A stretch of DNA of 64,000 nucleotides, taken from the NCBI GenBank assembly GCA_964658305.1, contig OZ210885.1:17174001-17238000 (forward strand). Reading direction: 5' to 3'. Under the pieces are notes generated by a model. That model ran no database searches and was not told where the DNA came from. It saw only the letters and a list, made by a program, of their open reading frames with translations. Shown here piece by piece: positions 1 to 12,694 of the stretch (its first letter is position 1; each line of letters starts with the position of its first letter). Position numbers and translations under genes: made by a program. Source of the stretch: Leptogorgia sarmentosa. Lineage: Eukaryota.

Positions 1-832
1 GAATGCGTGAAATAAAACTCTGCGCATAGGCATATTCAGCAAAGTTAAACAAAACAAAGCCGACACAATGATTCGTGAACATTGCAAACACGGTTCTTCT
101 TCGCGTTGCACAAGTTCAGTATTGTTTGTCATTCTATACAGAAGCGCGCAAGGCAATTCATACATATTGTATAAATGGTTGTGTATATTATGTAGTTTCT
201 TATAAGTTTAAAACCCACAACCTCTCGCAAAGCGCGACAAAGAGACAAAGGCAAAGTGTATCATTATTATACTATTAGTGATATTTTTACAGTAATACGT
301 GCAGTTTGTGTAGTAAAAGTGTGATAAATGAATGGCTGACAACCACGAATGGAATTTCTACAAGCCTTAGTAAACAACGCCTCGCTTTCACGGTTTCCTG
401 ACAGTTTGTGGAGGTATTTGGACCAAGGAAGGTACAAAATATGCTTGGTGTCTTTTCAGACAGACACGCAGAATTTACATGGAAATATACTCGGAAATAT
501 ACGTTCCTGGGCTCTTTGTCAAGGTTCTCGTATTGTCATAGAATGACCACATCACCTTCAAGCACACACACTCAATAAATAAATGATTTAGTTGTATTTC
601 TTTGCGAGAGGTTGTGGGTTTTGAACTCATAAGTAACTATATACGCAACCATTTATACAATATGTATGAATTGCCTTGCGCGCCTCTGTATAGAATGACA
701 AACAATACTGAACTTGCGCGACGCGCTGTATCGAAGAACCGCGTTCGCAACGTTCACGAATCATTGTTCGGCTTTGTTTTGTTTAACTTTGCTGAATATG
801 CCTATGCGCAGAGTTTTATTTCACACGCATTT
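1..832. mobile_element. Foldback/MITE-like element with ~230-bp inverted arms (left end may be cut by the window edge)
   Basis: 1-231 (GAATGCGTGAAATAAAACTCTGCGCATAGG...CCTCTCGCAAA) is the reverse complement, with a few mismatches, of 601-832 (TTTGCGAGAGG...CCTATGCGCAGAGTTTTATTTCACACGCATT). Confidence 0.75.
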
Positions 833-1995
833 AAAACGTTTTCAAAAATATTAGGTAGAATAATATTGGTTCGCCCCCCCCCCCTGAACGGCTAAATGTT
901 TAAAATACTAATTGACAAAAATTATGAATGGCTCCGGGCTCCGGCTCTGTTGTATCGCTGTATCCTGTATCTCGTTTTAGTAGTCGCCCTTCAGGATAGA
1001 GTAAGTTGTATGAGAAGTAATGTAGTGATTTTAGTAATTTTTTATATTGGTTTCCATATAAAATTTAAAACTGAGGTGGAGTGCTGATTTTCATGTATAT
1101 TTGGAGTGTGCCATCGAATTGATATACCGTATATAACTTCCATTCTTCAGAAAATCCTTGAAAATTATTATAGTTTTTGTAAAATTATTATGATTTATTT
1201 AGTTATAGCAAACTACTAAAGCTATGAGTGTTGCTGGAAACACAGCAAAAAATTAAAATAAAAAAATGTGGAGGCAAATGCAGAGCATGTTGCAGGTAAT
1301 GGGCATACCTGAGTACCTATTGTGCTCATTATAAAACAGTAAAAACTTCAAAGAAATGATTTTGTCAGTTTCTTCACAACAAACTGTACTCATTATTTTG
1401 GCACCTACTGTACATCAAGTATTATTGAAGGAAATTTGAGAAATCAAGCGGGCAAAGTCGGCGAACTGAGCACTGTACTCTTAGTACAGCTTGTGGCCAT
1501 AAGACTGCAACAATTACACCACTCTAATATGGTTAACTATAATTGATAATCAGCTTGTCCGCTACCAGCTCATATTTAACCAAAAATAATGATATAATAT
1601 TAAATAAATTTCTTTAATCTGGACATAGCAATCCCAGAGAGGCCTAACCGAAGGAAGGGAAAATTTTATGAGACGTAACCAGATTCATGATTGTTGTGGT
1701 ACTTTCAATGGTAAGGCATTACACCAAAGTTTTGGTTGATCTTAATTCTATGCTATCACAGTATCAGTATTAATGATTAGCTATTCATGTGCAAAGCAAA
1801 TCTACAATAAATCATGAATAATTGTAACAGACTAATCAACATTTAATAATACAAGAATCATGTGTATCTTTATAATGTTATCTAAAATTATCTGATATGT
1901 ACATTGCATCTTATGACAGCATGCTCTAAGCATTTTGACACTATTCAGACAGTTTAGTGTTTTTAACTGGTTCACAACAACCGAACAACACATAC

Positions 1996-2347
1996 CTGAT
2001 TTGGCCATTCGATCATCAAATGGGATCTTATTCGAGCTTTCAAACAAAGACTTGATTTCTTTATCACTGGCTTTCGTTGTCTCTGGCCCTTTACGAATAT
2101 AGTAATGATAATCGCTGTCCTTGGATTTTCTAGCTTTATGTGGTCGATCATCACTGGCTTGAGCCCATATCACTAAAACGTGCTTATCTTCAAGAACCTC
2201 AGGTGACAATATTGGCGAATATGACGGCGAAATATGGCTTTTACAATGACCTAAAATTTCCTTCTGGATACGTTCAAGATCATTTGGCTTGATACCACAA
2301 GGAGGCAGCAAGATTTGTTCATCAGCTTCTGAACTTTTATTATTCAC
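1996..2347 (-). pseudogene. Exon encoding the C-terminal part of an AlbA_2/Schlafen-like domain of bacterial type
   Basis: ILLPPCGIKPNDLERIQKEILGHC...YSPILSPEVLEDKHVLVIWAQASDDRPHKA...YYIRKGPETTKA...IPFDDR resembles the N-terminal AlbA_2 domain of bacterial AlbA_2-HATPase-HTH proteins. Similarity stops at a CAG|GTATGT donor (1996/1995). The start of the domain is missing, with a stop just upstream. Confidence 0.6.
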
Positions 2348-2704
2348 TTACTTCTGGACACTCGGCCATAAGCCATTCAAGACTGTATTCATTGTTCTAT
2401 CGACTCTAGTTATCTTTGTAAATTGTAATATGAAAAGAATACCAAAGAATACCAGTAATTTGTCTTCGGAACGTGAAAACACAGCTAACCCAAACGGTTT
2501 ATACAGGGCCCCAAACTCCCAATTCGATTTTTTTGTAACATGAATAAAATGACAAAATCCGATACATGCGACTTAAGATCCGATATATTTAAAAATCAAA
2601 ACGCAATACAACTATTATTTATTTTGTATAATATCTACCTGCAGTTGTATTATATAGTTATATTACTAAAACACATTTTACAGCCGGTTTACTGAACTTG
2701 GGTA

Positions 2705-4187
2705 CGGGGGCGTAACTATTGGGGGGGGGGGGGGGGGGGGGTGTGACACCCTCCCAAAAATTAAAAACAATGTTCTAGCAGGGCAATTTTGTTAGTTTGC
2801 AGGGCAATATGTTTTGGACAGAAAATGAATAGAAAAAGATCTCGAACTTCCGCTTTCGTACGCAGAATATATAATGACTGTCGCGAATTAAACCAAAACC
2901 TCTTAATTTTAGGTTTTTGGCATTTTTGTGCCAGACTCTTGTAGGGATTGTTATTAAACGAATATACGATGTGTAAAATGAAGTAAGGTCCCGCACCTTC
3001 CATTCCTTAATATTTTTAATAATATAACATTATTAACACTCCAAACAACCAAATGTATTATGTATGTACATATTGTCAACTCCTTAGAAATAGCTGTTAC
3101 ATTTATTTTATTGTGTCGTTCTCTTTGCTTTATTTCGACGCACATTGAGTGTGGTCGCACACAACAAGAATTGAAAGAAAAAACATAAATTGCAATTGCC
3201 GGTAACACAAGCATTTTGAGATTTAGAATATATAATGACTGTCGCGAATTAAACCGAAACCTCTTAATTTTGGATTTTTGGCATTTTTGTGCCAGACTCT
3301 TGTAGGGATTGTTATTAAACGAATATACGATGTGTAAAATGAAGTAAGGTGCGGGTATTCCGCAGCTGTTCAAAATGTTCGCATCAAAACGCTGCACATT
3401 GTAATTTTACATGTGCATTCGAAACATTTTGCATGCAGTCATGCGATATTTTATTCAAATTTGGTTGTTTGGAGTGTTAATAATGTTATATTATTAAATA
3501 TATTAAGGAATGGAAGGTAAGCTATATTTAAAAGAAAATTTAGTTATAACACATTATTCTTTTTATTCTTGCATATTAATGTGCATTGTTCACATGATTT
3601 CTACAGTATATTTTCACACATGTGTATATTTGCATTAATTAAAATTTTAACGGGAAGGACCGGAAGGTTCAGCTGGTGAGGTAACAACGAAGGACCACTA
3701 CCTAAAAAGCCGAAATCTCAACGTAGTCGAATTTATAGACAAAAGGTTAAGTGTAGAGAATGTGATGCACAGATGAATGCTGATAATTTTTTAAAGCATA
3801 ATACAAGCAAGCATAATGGTAGGGCAAAATCTCAGGATGTGGTAGAAGCGTCACAGAAAATGCTGAATTTTGCTACGGTAATTTGACATTGTACAAAATC
3901 TACACAATACATGCAGTTCATTGTTTTTGTTAAAATAACCTCCTTGTTAATTTTTAATTCGAATATTTTTTGTTGTCCGTTCACGTAACATGCATATGAC
4001 TCATGGTGCGATCTTTAAGGCGTTGTTTAGATATATATCTGACATTTAGCGTACTGTATTCAGATTCTGCAACCTGTAACTACATATGATAAGAATTGTG
4101 TTGTAGTTGTTTTGTTTTATATCACACCCTTTTGCAGGGCAGAAATACTCCACACCCCCCAATGCTCAAAGTCAAGTTACGCCCCTG
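2705..4187 (+). mobile_element. Non-autonomous hAT-like DNA transposon remnant with a zinc-finger exon
   Basis: Terminal inverted repeat CGGGGGCGTAACT (2705) / AGTTACGCCCCTG (4187). Internal ~125-bp direct repeat (2864-2988 = 3225-3348) and ~60-bp inverted repeat (2995-3054 vs 3459-3518). About 3690-3878 reads KVKCRECDAQMNADNFLKHNTSKH (CxxC...HxxxxH) and ends at a GTAAT donor. No TSD found. Confidence 0.5.
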
Positions 4188-5867
4188 GTCCCAAGGATGT
4201 TATCATTTATCATTCTAATTTCAAATATTATAGCAATACATAGAATAGTACATGACTGGATAGAGATGCCTAGGTGATGGGATTTTTGTAGTTGAGATAG
4301 TGTTCCACTGTACATGTATGTACTTAAATATTTGTCACTTTTTATTTTTATATTTATATGTTTTCGCGGCCATTTTTATAGGATTGTCACGACTTTCTGG
4401 CTGGAACTGCTGTGCGATCAAAGAATCGCTACAAAGCGCTCGATGAAACGGCAATTTCCGGACGAGGATGTTGACATGAATTTCCAAAGAAAATGTTAAA
4501 TTTAAAACATGGCGAAAGGTATTTTTGAAAACAACTTTTCTTGTTATAGTTGTACTATGTCTAAATGCATGGTTCTTCCTATTAAACAAATCAGTGTTGG
4601 AGAGTAGACTCAGGGAAAGGCTGAAATATTCTGATCTGTTGTATTCTGAATTCGATTCTACTGTTTCATGTTATATATTGTGTTTTATGTTCTTTTCTGC
4701 CCGAATATTTACAATATGATCTCTGTTTTGCTCAGCACTGCATGCTCTGCTCTGCGTGTGTTTTTTCTGATTGATTCCATTATTTCATCCTATATATCAC
4801 GTATCGTAGATTGGCATATATATGCAGTTTATATCCTTCAACAGTTGGAAGAAGACAACGCTGACAACCTGGGACTGAAAATACATATTCTTTATGATAT
4901 TGCTTGTATGTTAGTGAAACACTTACAGGTATACAGATTTCATACAAATCCGTTTTTCCAATAGGCATGCACTTTTGTCCCGGTATGTTGCTATTTTATT
5001 GATAATATTTCTTATAGAACCTTGACGAAGACCCACTTCTTGGTACCTTTCAATTTGCCATTCCCATTTTCCACTGCTATGGACACAATGCACAATGGCA
5101 AGTTCGTTATAATTCTAAATATATAAGATATATAGCATTCTCTTGGATTGGGTGGAGAGTCTTTATTAGACATTCACTATTTGCAATATGCATTGCTCAC
5201 TGCTTGCAGTTTGAGCACTCTGGTGACTCCACAATGCAATCCTTCCTCACAATGTGTAACTGTACATCCTGTGCCCAAGTTCAGGAGTTGCCATAATGCC
5301 ATTAGGGTGATAACCGGGAGGGCACATTGTTATACGTTTTGTATAAGATATATAAGATATATACTAATGCTATTCTAAACAGAAATTCTCTTTTATAAAA
5401 GCTTAAGTTTAGTCCCCGCCGAAAAGGAGGATTTGGTCTGACAGATGGTGAGATGTTAGAGAGAGTCTGGGCGTATGTTCAAAGGTTTGGTGGAATGACC
5501 AAAGAAATGTGTCCAAGTCACAGGGTGGACGTGCTCAGCGATGCGCTTTTGCACTATGGAATGAAAACGAAAAAGAAAATAGGTATTTGTAGAACAGCTA
5601 TTTATAGGTCCCTTGTCAGATTTAATTCTTTCTCTAAACCATAAAGCTTGGGATATTGCTAGTATGACTGATGGCTACAAACACGCAGCTGACCATTTAT
5701 AATTATACATAATTTTACCCAATTTAGGTGACCTGCTGGTAGAGAGATTGAAAAAGGCTATCGACATTGAGAAAGCTGCGAAATGTGATATTGAAAAGTT
5801 ATGCCAGTGCATTGGCTGTAAGTTTATACACTTTCAGCATGTCATATACAAAGTATAAATAATAAGA

Positions 5868-5991
5868 AAACGAGGAAGGATTTACTCACTACCTAAAGAT
5901 ATAACAACTTGGAGGTTTCGACCGAAGGGCCTCCTTCGGGAAGTCGAATTTGTTGTATCGTTTAGGTAGTGAGTAAATTCTTCCTCGTTTT
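5868..5991. mobile_element. Palindromic Penelope-like (pLTR) remnant inside a KDZ intron
   Basis: Inverted arms AAAACGAGGAAG...TTTACTCACTACCTAAA / TTTAGGTAGTGAGTAAA...CTTCCTCGTTTT. The same TACTCACTACCTAAA and GTTTCGA motifs recur at 51853-51962. Confidence 0.45.
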
Positions 5992-6496
5992 TTTATCGTT
6001 TTGATATTCTGAAGCACTACCTACATTGGCGACATGTGTTGTATATAATAAGGGTTAAGCATGCGAGTGACAAGCCATGCATCTTTTTATTCTTACATAA
6101 TCCAAGCCTCCAACGTCGCTATAGAAGATATTTGTTTGTGGACAGACGACGAAGTGAACTATTTTGGAAATCTCATTGAAACTGGTAAATACTGTTTTTG
6201 CTCGGAAATGGTTAAGTACAGTTAATTGGTGTCCATATACTTGTAGGTGGAAGGCGACTTACTTTGTGTATATAATTATCTCATCTCATAGCTATATTGT
6301 TTTGCACGTTTAGAAGAGCATTCTACGTGATCAGGTACGTGATCTACCTGGATTTGTACAATGATCTTCATGACAGATGGAATTCTTGTGTTGATCCAAA
6401 TCAGCTAGCAATTCGATTTAACCAGATGAAAAAGTATTCAATCATCATCATTTTGATGTTTTGGCATGCTGCAGTATAGATTACGTCCTTCAGCTA

Positions 6497-6774
6497 CACA
6501 GCCAAAAACGCCCAACTTGCAACAAGTTTGTTGACAACTTGCACCAGGCTTGTTATCAAGCCATATCAGAATTCTTTTGCATGACTTGCGTCAACTTGAT
6601 GATAACTGATGCAAGTTGTCAGCAAGTTTTTTGAAATTTGTTGAGAACGGACTTGAGTCAAGAAGCTTGATGCAAGTTGATTCATCAACTTGCAACAAGT
6701 CTGCAGATGACAAGTTGCAACAAGCTTGTCAATTTCATCAACGTTCAACAAGCCTGTAGTGTTTTTGGCATGTG
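6497..6774. mobile_element. MITE with CAC termini (CACTA/EnSpm-like) flanked by TA
   Basis: TA|CACAGCCAAAAAC...GTTTTTGGCATGTG|TA, with internal repeats of CAACTTGCAACAAG in both orientations. Confidence 0.6.
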
Positions 6775-7161
6775 TATAGTCACTAGCTGCCGTACGGTTT
6801 TAAGTATCCTGCACCAGCTAAAACCAAGTGTAGCTGGTAACCTGGAAGCATATCACTGGAAAAATGAAACGTTCATAGTTATTAAATATATCCATCTGCA
6901 GCTGCAAGTATAAACATGCAGAATATTATATTTAGGATTATAATGATTTTGCTTACTGTTCTTTTGTTGTGTTATTTTGTGTTTAGAATTGACAACGAGT
7001 TGAAAAGTATCGAACAAGAAAATTCAATTGTTGCACGCTTGGCAGCCAAGTGATCAGCAATACGAAGATGGGAAACACGAGGTGCTAACGAAGAAAACAA
7101 AACTTCAGTTGTCGAAAATAAGAAAGAAGGTCATTGAGAGATGGTTCCTTTTAAGCTTGAA

Positions 7162-10094
7162 GTAGTCACCTGCATGCAGAAAGCGAAGTTCGGCAGGGCT
7201 TGCCCTTTCAACCGGTCGGAAAACGGACGAAGTTGGGATGGCATGTCATTGGTCCAGACAACGCAAAGGCCTCGACTGTTAGATACGTGAACTTCACAAG
7301 GAAGATAAATTTGGAGAAGTTTTACGACTTCGAAACTCTTGGTGTACGAGCACCTGACTGCAGTTGTCCTGACGAAACGTTGTCCCGTGATGGAAAGAAG
7401 GCGATGGAGCTGTTCGAATCGTCATGCATGAAATTAGATGGAAGATATGTCATTGGCCTCCCGTGGAAGAAAGATTCTGCGCATCTACCAAACAACTACT
7501 TGTTAGCAAAAGGTCGGTTGGAGTCACTAGAGAGAAATTTGGCAAAGAATCCAAACAAAGCAAGAATAGAACTCCAAGACATCTGGAAGACGAAGACGTT
7601 CGATTGGGACGACCCACTACCGAGAGAAGCGCAACAATCGTGGAAATTGTTGTTCTCCGAGATCGAGAGATTAAAGACAGTACAGTTCCCAAGATGTCTA
7701 CAGCCTGAACGTCCCACTGGCTCGCCTGAGTTGCACGTCTTCTCTGATGCTAGTATCCTTGCGTATGGTGCAGCAGCCTACCTTGTTTGGTGTTGTGAAG
7801 ATGGAAGGGAAGCTCGTCTTGTCTCTGCCAAAGCCAGAGTTGCACCCCTCCGCCAAACCACAATCCCACGCTTAGAGCTGATGGCAGCCCTATTAGCCTC
7901 GAGATTAGCGAAGACCGTGCACGATGAATTTAAGATTAAACCTGCGAAAGTGATCCTGTGGACAGACTCCATGATCGTCCTCGCGTGGCTTCGTTCCGAG
8001 TCTGCACTATTAAAGCCGTTTGTTGGTGTTCGAGTCGCAGAGATCCAGGCAACTTGGGACCCCAGCACCTGGAAATACGTTCCAACCAAGCTGAACCCTG
8101 CTGACGATCTTAGCCGTGGAATAAAGGTTTGTGAAATGAATGGACGCTGGATGAATGGTCCTGCATTTTTACGAGAACCTCCAGAAGAGTGGCCAACCGA
8201 ATCCAACGTCGCGTCGCCTCAAGTACCAGAAAAGAAGATCCCCAGACCCATCTTCGTGTTACAGCCTATACCCGATCCCATCATCGACCCGACCCGATTC
8301 TCAAATTGGCAAAGATTATGTAGAATCACCGCTTATTGCATGAGATTTATCAACAACGCGAAATCGCCGAACCGTACGAGCGGTCCACTCCTCCCCAAAG
8401 AAATTGACTCGGACGAGTGCTACTGGTCGCTGTCAGCCCAGACGCAGTTAGGAGATTGGAAAGAACGCTACAAAGACTTAGCACCATTCAAGAAAGAAGG
8501 AATCGTTGGAGGTAGAATAAAGCACTCCCCGCTGTCCTACGACAACAACCACCCGGTGTTACTGCCAACAGAACACGTCGTTTCGAAATTAGTCATCAAA
8601 GATGCACACAACCGTGTATGCCATGCCGGTCGTGAAAGAACCCTCTGTGAAACTAGAAGAAAGTTCTGGATCCCACGCGGAAGAAACCTAGTTAAAGAGA
8701 TTGTCAGAAAGTGCGTAAACTGTCGCAAACTCCGACAGTACCCCTACACCACGTTAATGGCAGACCTTCCACCAGAAAGACTAAGAGTCTTTTCACCCCC
8801 GTTTTCCACGACAGGCGTAGATTTGTTTGGCCCGTTTTTCTTAAAGTATGGTCGCAACAAGAAGATCAAGGCTTGGGGAGCCCTCTTCACATGTGCAACA
8901 GTTCATGCGATACGTCTTGAAATCGTCGAAGATTTGTCAAGCGAAGCTTTCCTTCATGCGTTGAGACGATTTGTATCCCATCACGGATGGCCCACCACTA
9001 TCATCTCGGATAATGGAACGTCGTTTGTCGGTTGCGAACGTGAGTTAAAGAAGTTACTCCAAGAAGGCAAGAAAGGAATCGAAGAGTTCGCGATGGTTCA
9101 CAAAGTAAAATGGAAGTTCAATACGCCGCTGAGTCCACACCAAGGTGGATTCTTTGAAACTATGATCAAACAGACGAAGAAAGTTTTAAGAGTGATAGTT
9201 GGAGAGCAAGTTCTCACGTGGAATGAAATGGCAACTGTGTTCGCTGAAGTGCAATGTCTCGTGAACAGCCGCCCCCTCGGATACCCTTCCAACGACGCAA
9301 ACGATCTTCAACCCATAACCCCCAACCACTTCATCTTCGGTCGCGCGACAGCTGAAGTCCCGCAAGGTCCATTCCGTGAAACGAAGAATAGTCGGAAGAG
9401 ATTCGAGTTCGTACAAGCGCTAGCACAGCAGTTTTGGAATCGGTTCCATCGGGAGTACCTACAGACGTTAATGCAACGAGCAAAATGGCAAAGTAAAGAA
9501 AGGCAGTTCAAGATCGGCGACATCGTACTGATGGTCGATTCGAACGTTGCAAGAGGGAAATGGAACCTAGCGCGTGTAACCGAAGTATATCCTGGTCGAG
9601 ACGGTGTTGTACGCAATGTAAAATTGAAGACGAAATGTGGAGAGTACAAACGTTCAGTGCAAAGGTGTTGTCAGATCTTGGAAGAAGAATCCCTTTAATC
9701 GTGGCCCGGAGGGTTGGATCGGACAGCTTACAAACTGTTTGCTAAGTATCATTAATAATGACCTTAGTTTGATTCTATTTGATTCTATTTGATTTAACCA
9801 GTTGATTTGCATGCTATGTGATTGAATTAGTGATTAGGTGTTGACAAGTTAATTTAATTCACCACCGTTATATAAGACATTAATGAATAGGAAGTCAGTA
9901 TTGTTGTTGAGACGCTATACGAGACAGCGAGCTGTGAAGACAAGTTTATTCAGTCCGTAGAGATTCACTCTTCAGGTATTACTAATTGTATTTTATATTT
10001 TGGATCTTTGATACTGTGTAATCATTTAATCATTATCTAATCAGAGTCTAATCGATTTCAGAATGTATGTATTAAAATAATATATTACGAAACA
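7162..10094 (+). mobile_element. BEL/Pao LTR retrotransposon, 5'-truncated, with its 3' LTR (~9715-10094)
   Basis: The pol ORF is followed by a purine-rich tract GGCCCGGAGGG and then a TG...CA segment containing TATATAA and an ATTAAA-like signal. Confidence 0.85.
7200..9698 (+). CDS. BEL/Pao pol fragment: RNase H + integrase, with the RT core deleted in frame
   Basis: TKLGW, ELHVFSDAS, TIPRLEL, WTDS, NPADDLSRG; HHCC zinc finger (H..H..CVNC); integrase GVDLFGP, SDNGTSF, HQGGFFE; C-terminal GRDGVVR. No YxDD RT motif: KNPNKA is joined directly to RIELQDIW. Confidence 0.9.
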   Translation: MPFQPVGKRTKLGWHVIGPDNAKASTVRYVNFTRKINLEKFYDFETLGVRAPDCSCPDETLSRDGKKAMELFESSCMKLDGRYVIGLPWKKDSAHLPNNYLLAKGRLESLERNLAKNPNKARIELQDIWKTKTFDWDDPLPREAQQSWKLLFSEIERLKTVQFPRCLQPERPTGSPELHVFSDASILAYGAAAYLVWCCEDGREARLVSAKARVAPLRQTTIPRLELMAALLASRLAKTVHDEFKIKPAKVILWTDSMIVLAWLRSESALLKPFVGVRVAEIQATWDPSTWKYVPTKLNPADDLSRGIKVCEMNGRWMNGPAFLREPPEEWPTESNVASPQVPEKKIPRPIFVLQPIPDPIIDPTRFSNWQRLCRITAYCMRFINNAKSPNRTSGPLLPKEIDSDECYWSLSAQTQLGDWKERYKDLAPFKKEGIVGGRIKHSPLSYDNNHPVLLPTEHVVSKLVIKDAHNRVCHAGRERTLCETRRKFWIPRGRNLVKEIVRKCVNCRKLRQYPYTTLMADLPPERLRVFSPPFSTTGVDLFGPFFLKYGRNKKIKAWGALFTCATVHAIRLEIVEDLSSEAFLHALRRFVSHHGWPTTIISDNGTSFVGCERELKKLLQEGKKGIEEFAMVHKVKWKFNTPLSPHQGGFFETMIKQTKKVLRVIVGEQVLTWNEMATVFAEVQCLVNSRPLGYPSNDANDLQPITPNHFIFGRATAEVPQGPFRETKNSRKRFEFVQALAQQFWNRFHREYLQTLMQRAKWQSKERQFKIGDIVLMVDSNVARGKWNLARVTEVYPGRDGVVRNVKLKTKCGEYKRSVQRCCQILEEESL

Positions 10095-10107
10095 TCTCTA
10101 CTGGATT

Positions 10108-10771
10108 GTGTGTGGTTTTGCCCAAACGGAAACACTGCCCACAGATAAAATAAAGACACTGATTGATCGCTACAAAAGACCAGAAAATTGCTCAGAAGTC
10201 ACTCCTGTCAGAGTAAACAGTGAAATATGGGCAACTCTCCTTCCTGCACAAAGGTCAGCAGACCTAAAGTTGGAGAACATCCAACAAACTATTCGAAAAG
10301 TGGCTTTCACTATCTTGCAAACTGCAGATCAGCTACTTCCCCAGACCAAAGATCAGGTTAATAAAGATTTAGCCACTCGTGTGGTAGATGGGATAGCTAT
10401 GCTTGGACATGTCAATGGTGCACTGTCAAAGCTTAGAAGGAGCCAAATGCGACCTGCACTAAAACCAGAGTTTTCATCTATCTGCAATGCTGACATAACA
10501 AATGGACCTTTGCTATTTGGACCTGATCTATCTAAAAAGTCGAAAGAGGCCAAAGAAGCTAATGACATTGGTCGATCTTTGTCAAATGCTTCAAGGAAGA
10601 AGTATGGACCTCCTCGGGGGGGGGAAACAATATGATAATAAGTCACGTTTCAATCCTACTTCCACGAATCGTTACAACAATTACAGGAGCTCCAAGAGGG
10701 AGTTTTTTTGGAAGGGCCAAAACAGACCTTACAAAAGGAAAAAGCCTCCAACGGAGTCAGACAGGAAATAA
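10108..10771 (+). pseudogene. DIRS gag-like ORF (frameshifted at ~10615)
   Basis: RPENC...VNSEIW...RSADLKL...LLFGPDL, followed by a basic C-terminus overlapping pol, as in DIRS ORF1. Confidence 0.75.
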
Positions 10772-12694
10772 TCGAGCAGTTACAGAAAATACGGGATAAA
10801 GTAAGTCTTTTTATTTCCTATGTAGCCCTCTTAAAGGAAAAATTACAAATTTTGTGTACCACGTTTCAAGGAGGACAAACTGCTCAGTTCTGTCATGAGT
10901 GGGCCAACTTGACCACAGACAAATATATATTAGCTGATATAAGTGGGATAAATATTGAGTGTATAGAAATCCCTATTCAACATGTTCTGAAAGGACATAA
11001 GCCAAATGAGCAAAACATTGAAAACATGGATAAGGCAGTAAGCACATTGTTTAAAAAAGGTGTTGTAAGTGTTACAAGAGAGCAGTCAGGTCAGGTTATA
11101 TCAGATTTTTTTCTTCATCCCAAAAAGGATGGTACTCATCGACTTATTCTGAATCTTAAAAAATTTAATGAAATAGTGGAGTACCACCATTTCAAGATGG
11201 ATTCTTTACGTAATGTAATTCAACTTATGGAGCCAAACTGTTATATGGCTTCCATTGACATCAAAGATGCTTATTATTCCTTCTCAATCAAACCTGCTGA
11301 TCGAAAATTTTTATGTTTCACATGGAAGGGCATATTATACCACTTTACCTGCCTGCCAAATGGGCTTTCGTCAGCTCCCAGGAAATTTACTAATATACAC
11401 ATACCTACACAAGTCGGGTCACATATCTCTGGGTTATTTAGATGATTTTTACCTACAGGGCCAGAGTTATGAGAAGTGCTTAGCAAATGTTATTGATACG
11501 GTGATGCTATTTACAAAACTTGGGTTGGTTGTTCACCCAGAGAAATCTAACTTCTTACCATCACAAGTTATTGTCATATTAGGGTTTATACTTAATTCTT
11601 TAACTATGACAGTTAGACTCACAGAGGAAAAGGCAATCAATTTGCAAAAAACATGCCAAAGATTGCTGAAATGTAGGAACCCAACAATTAGAGAAGTGGC
11701 TCGAGTCATTGGGAAAATTGTTTCCAGTTTTCCGGGCACTACTTATGGTCCCCTTTATTACCGAAGTTTAGAATATGACAGAACTAGGGCTTTAACACAT
11801 GACAAAGGCAATTTTGATAGGACAATGATTTTGTCAGCTCCAGCAAGAACGGAGCTAAAACATGCTATCCTTCATGGACAGCCAGTGCTTCAGATCACAT
11901 CAGATGCTTCTCTACTAGGATGGGGTGCTGAGTGTGAGGATATTTCTACAGGAGGACACTGGTCTCCTGTTGAAGCAAAATGCCATATCAATTATTTAGA
12001 AATGTATGCTGCCTTCCTGGCTCTACAAGCTTTTGCCAAAGATAAGAGCCATACCCATATTCGACTAAGATTAGATAATACAACAAGTGTCAGTATACTT
12101 AATCACATGGGGACAAGCCATTCTGTAGATTGCAATAATTTATGTAAGACGATTTGGGAATGGTGTATTACACATAACATCTGGATTAGTGCTGCTTATT
12201 TACCAGGCAAACTCAACACGATAGCAGATGCCGAATCTAGATCAACTAATAGTAACTTAGAATGGATATTAGATAAAAATACACTGACCCATGCCCTATC
12301 TGAATTAAAATTTAAGCCAGACATTGATCTATTTGCATCTCGGTTAAATAAGCAGTTTGCTTTGTATGCTGCATATAAGCCTGACCCAGAGGCAGTGGCT
12401 GTCGATGCATTTACAATGTACTGGACACCATTAAAATTATATGCTTTTCCTCCATTTAGTGTCATACCCCTTGTACTAAACAAAATTTGCATCGAAAAAG
12501 CTCAAGGAATAGTTGTAATACCCGATTGGCCAACCCAGAGTTGGTACCCAAAAGCTGTACAAATGATGGTACAAACTCCTATATGCCTCAAAGCCAGGAA
12601 AGATTTACTACACCTTCCAGCGCATCCAAACGAAATCCACCCACTACATGCAAATCTTCATCTACTGGTGTGTCTCTTATCAGGGAAACCTTAA
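10708..12694 (+). pseudogene. DIRS reverse transcriptase-RNase H-adenine methyltransferase-like polyprotein (frameshifted)
   Basis: KKDGTHRLILNLK, SIDIKDAY, LPNGLSSAP, YLDD, TSDAS, HINYLEM, DNTT, ADAESR, DLFASRLN, YAFPPF. Confidence 0.92.

Noticed and set aside
75..1087. Short ORFs at the window start
   Set aside because: They lie in or beside an inverted repeat and show no recognisable motifs.
2697..4195. 8-bp TSD for the hAT-like element
   Set aside because: The flanks (CTTGGGTA / GTCCCAAG) are not direct repeats, so the superfamily call stays tentative.
7424..9745. Antisense and alternate-frame ORFs over the BEL pol (and likewise over DIRS, LINE and Ngaro)
   Set aside because: They are shadow ORFs of real coding frames, with no motifs of their own.
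12250..12694. Adenine methyltransferase as a restriction-modification gene
   Set aside because: The DLFAS/FPPF domain is the standard C-terminal MT-like domain of DIRS pol.
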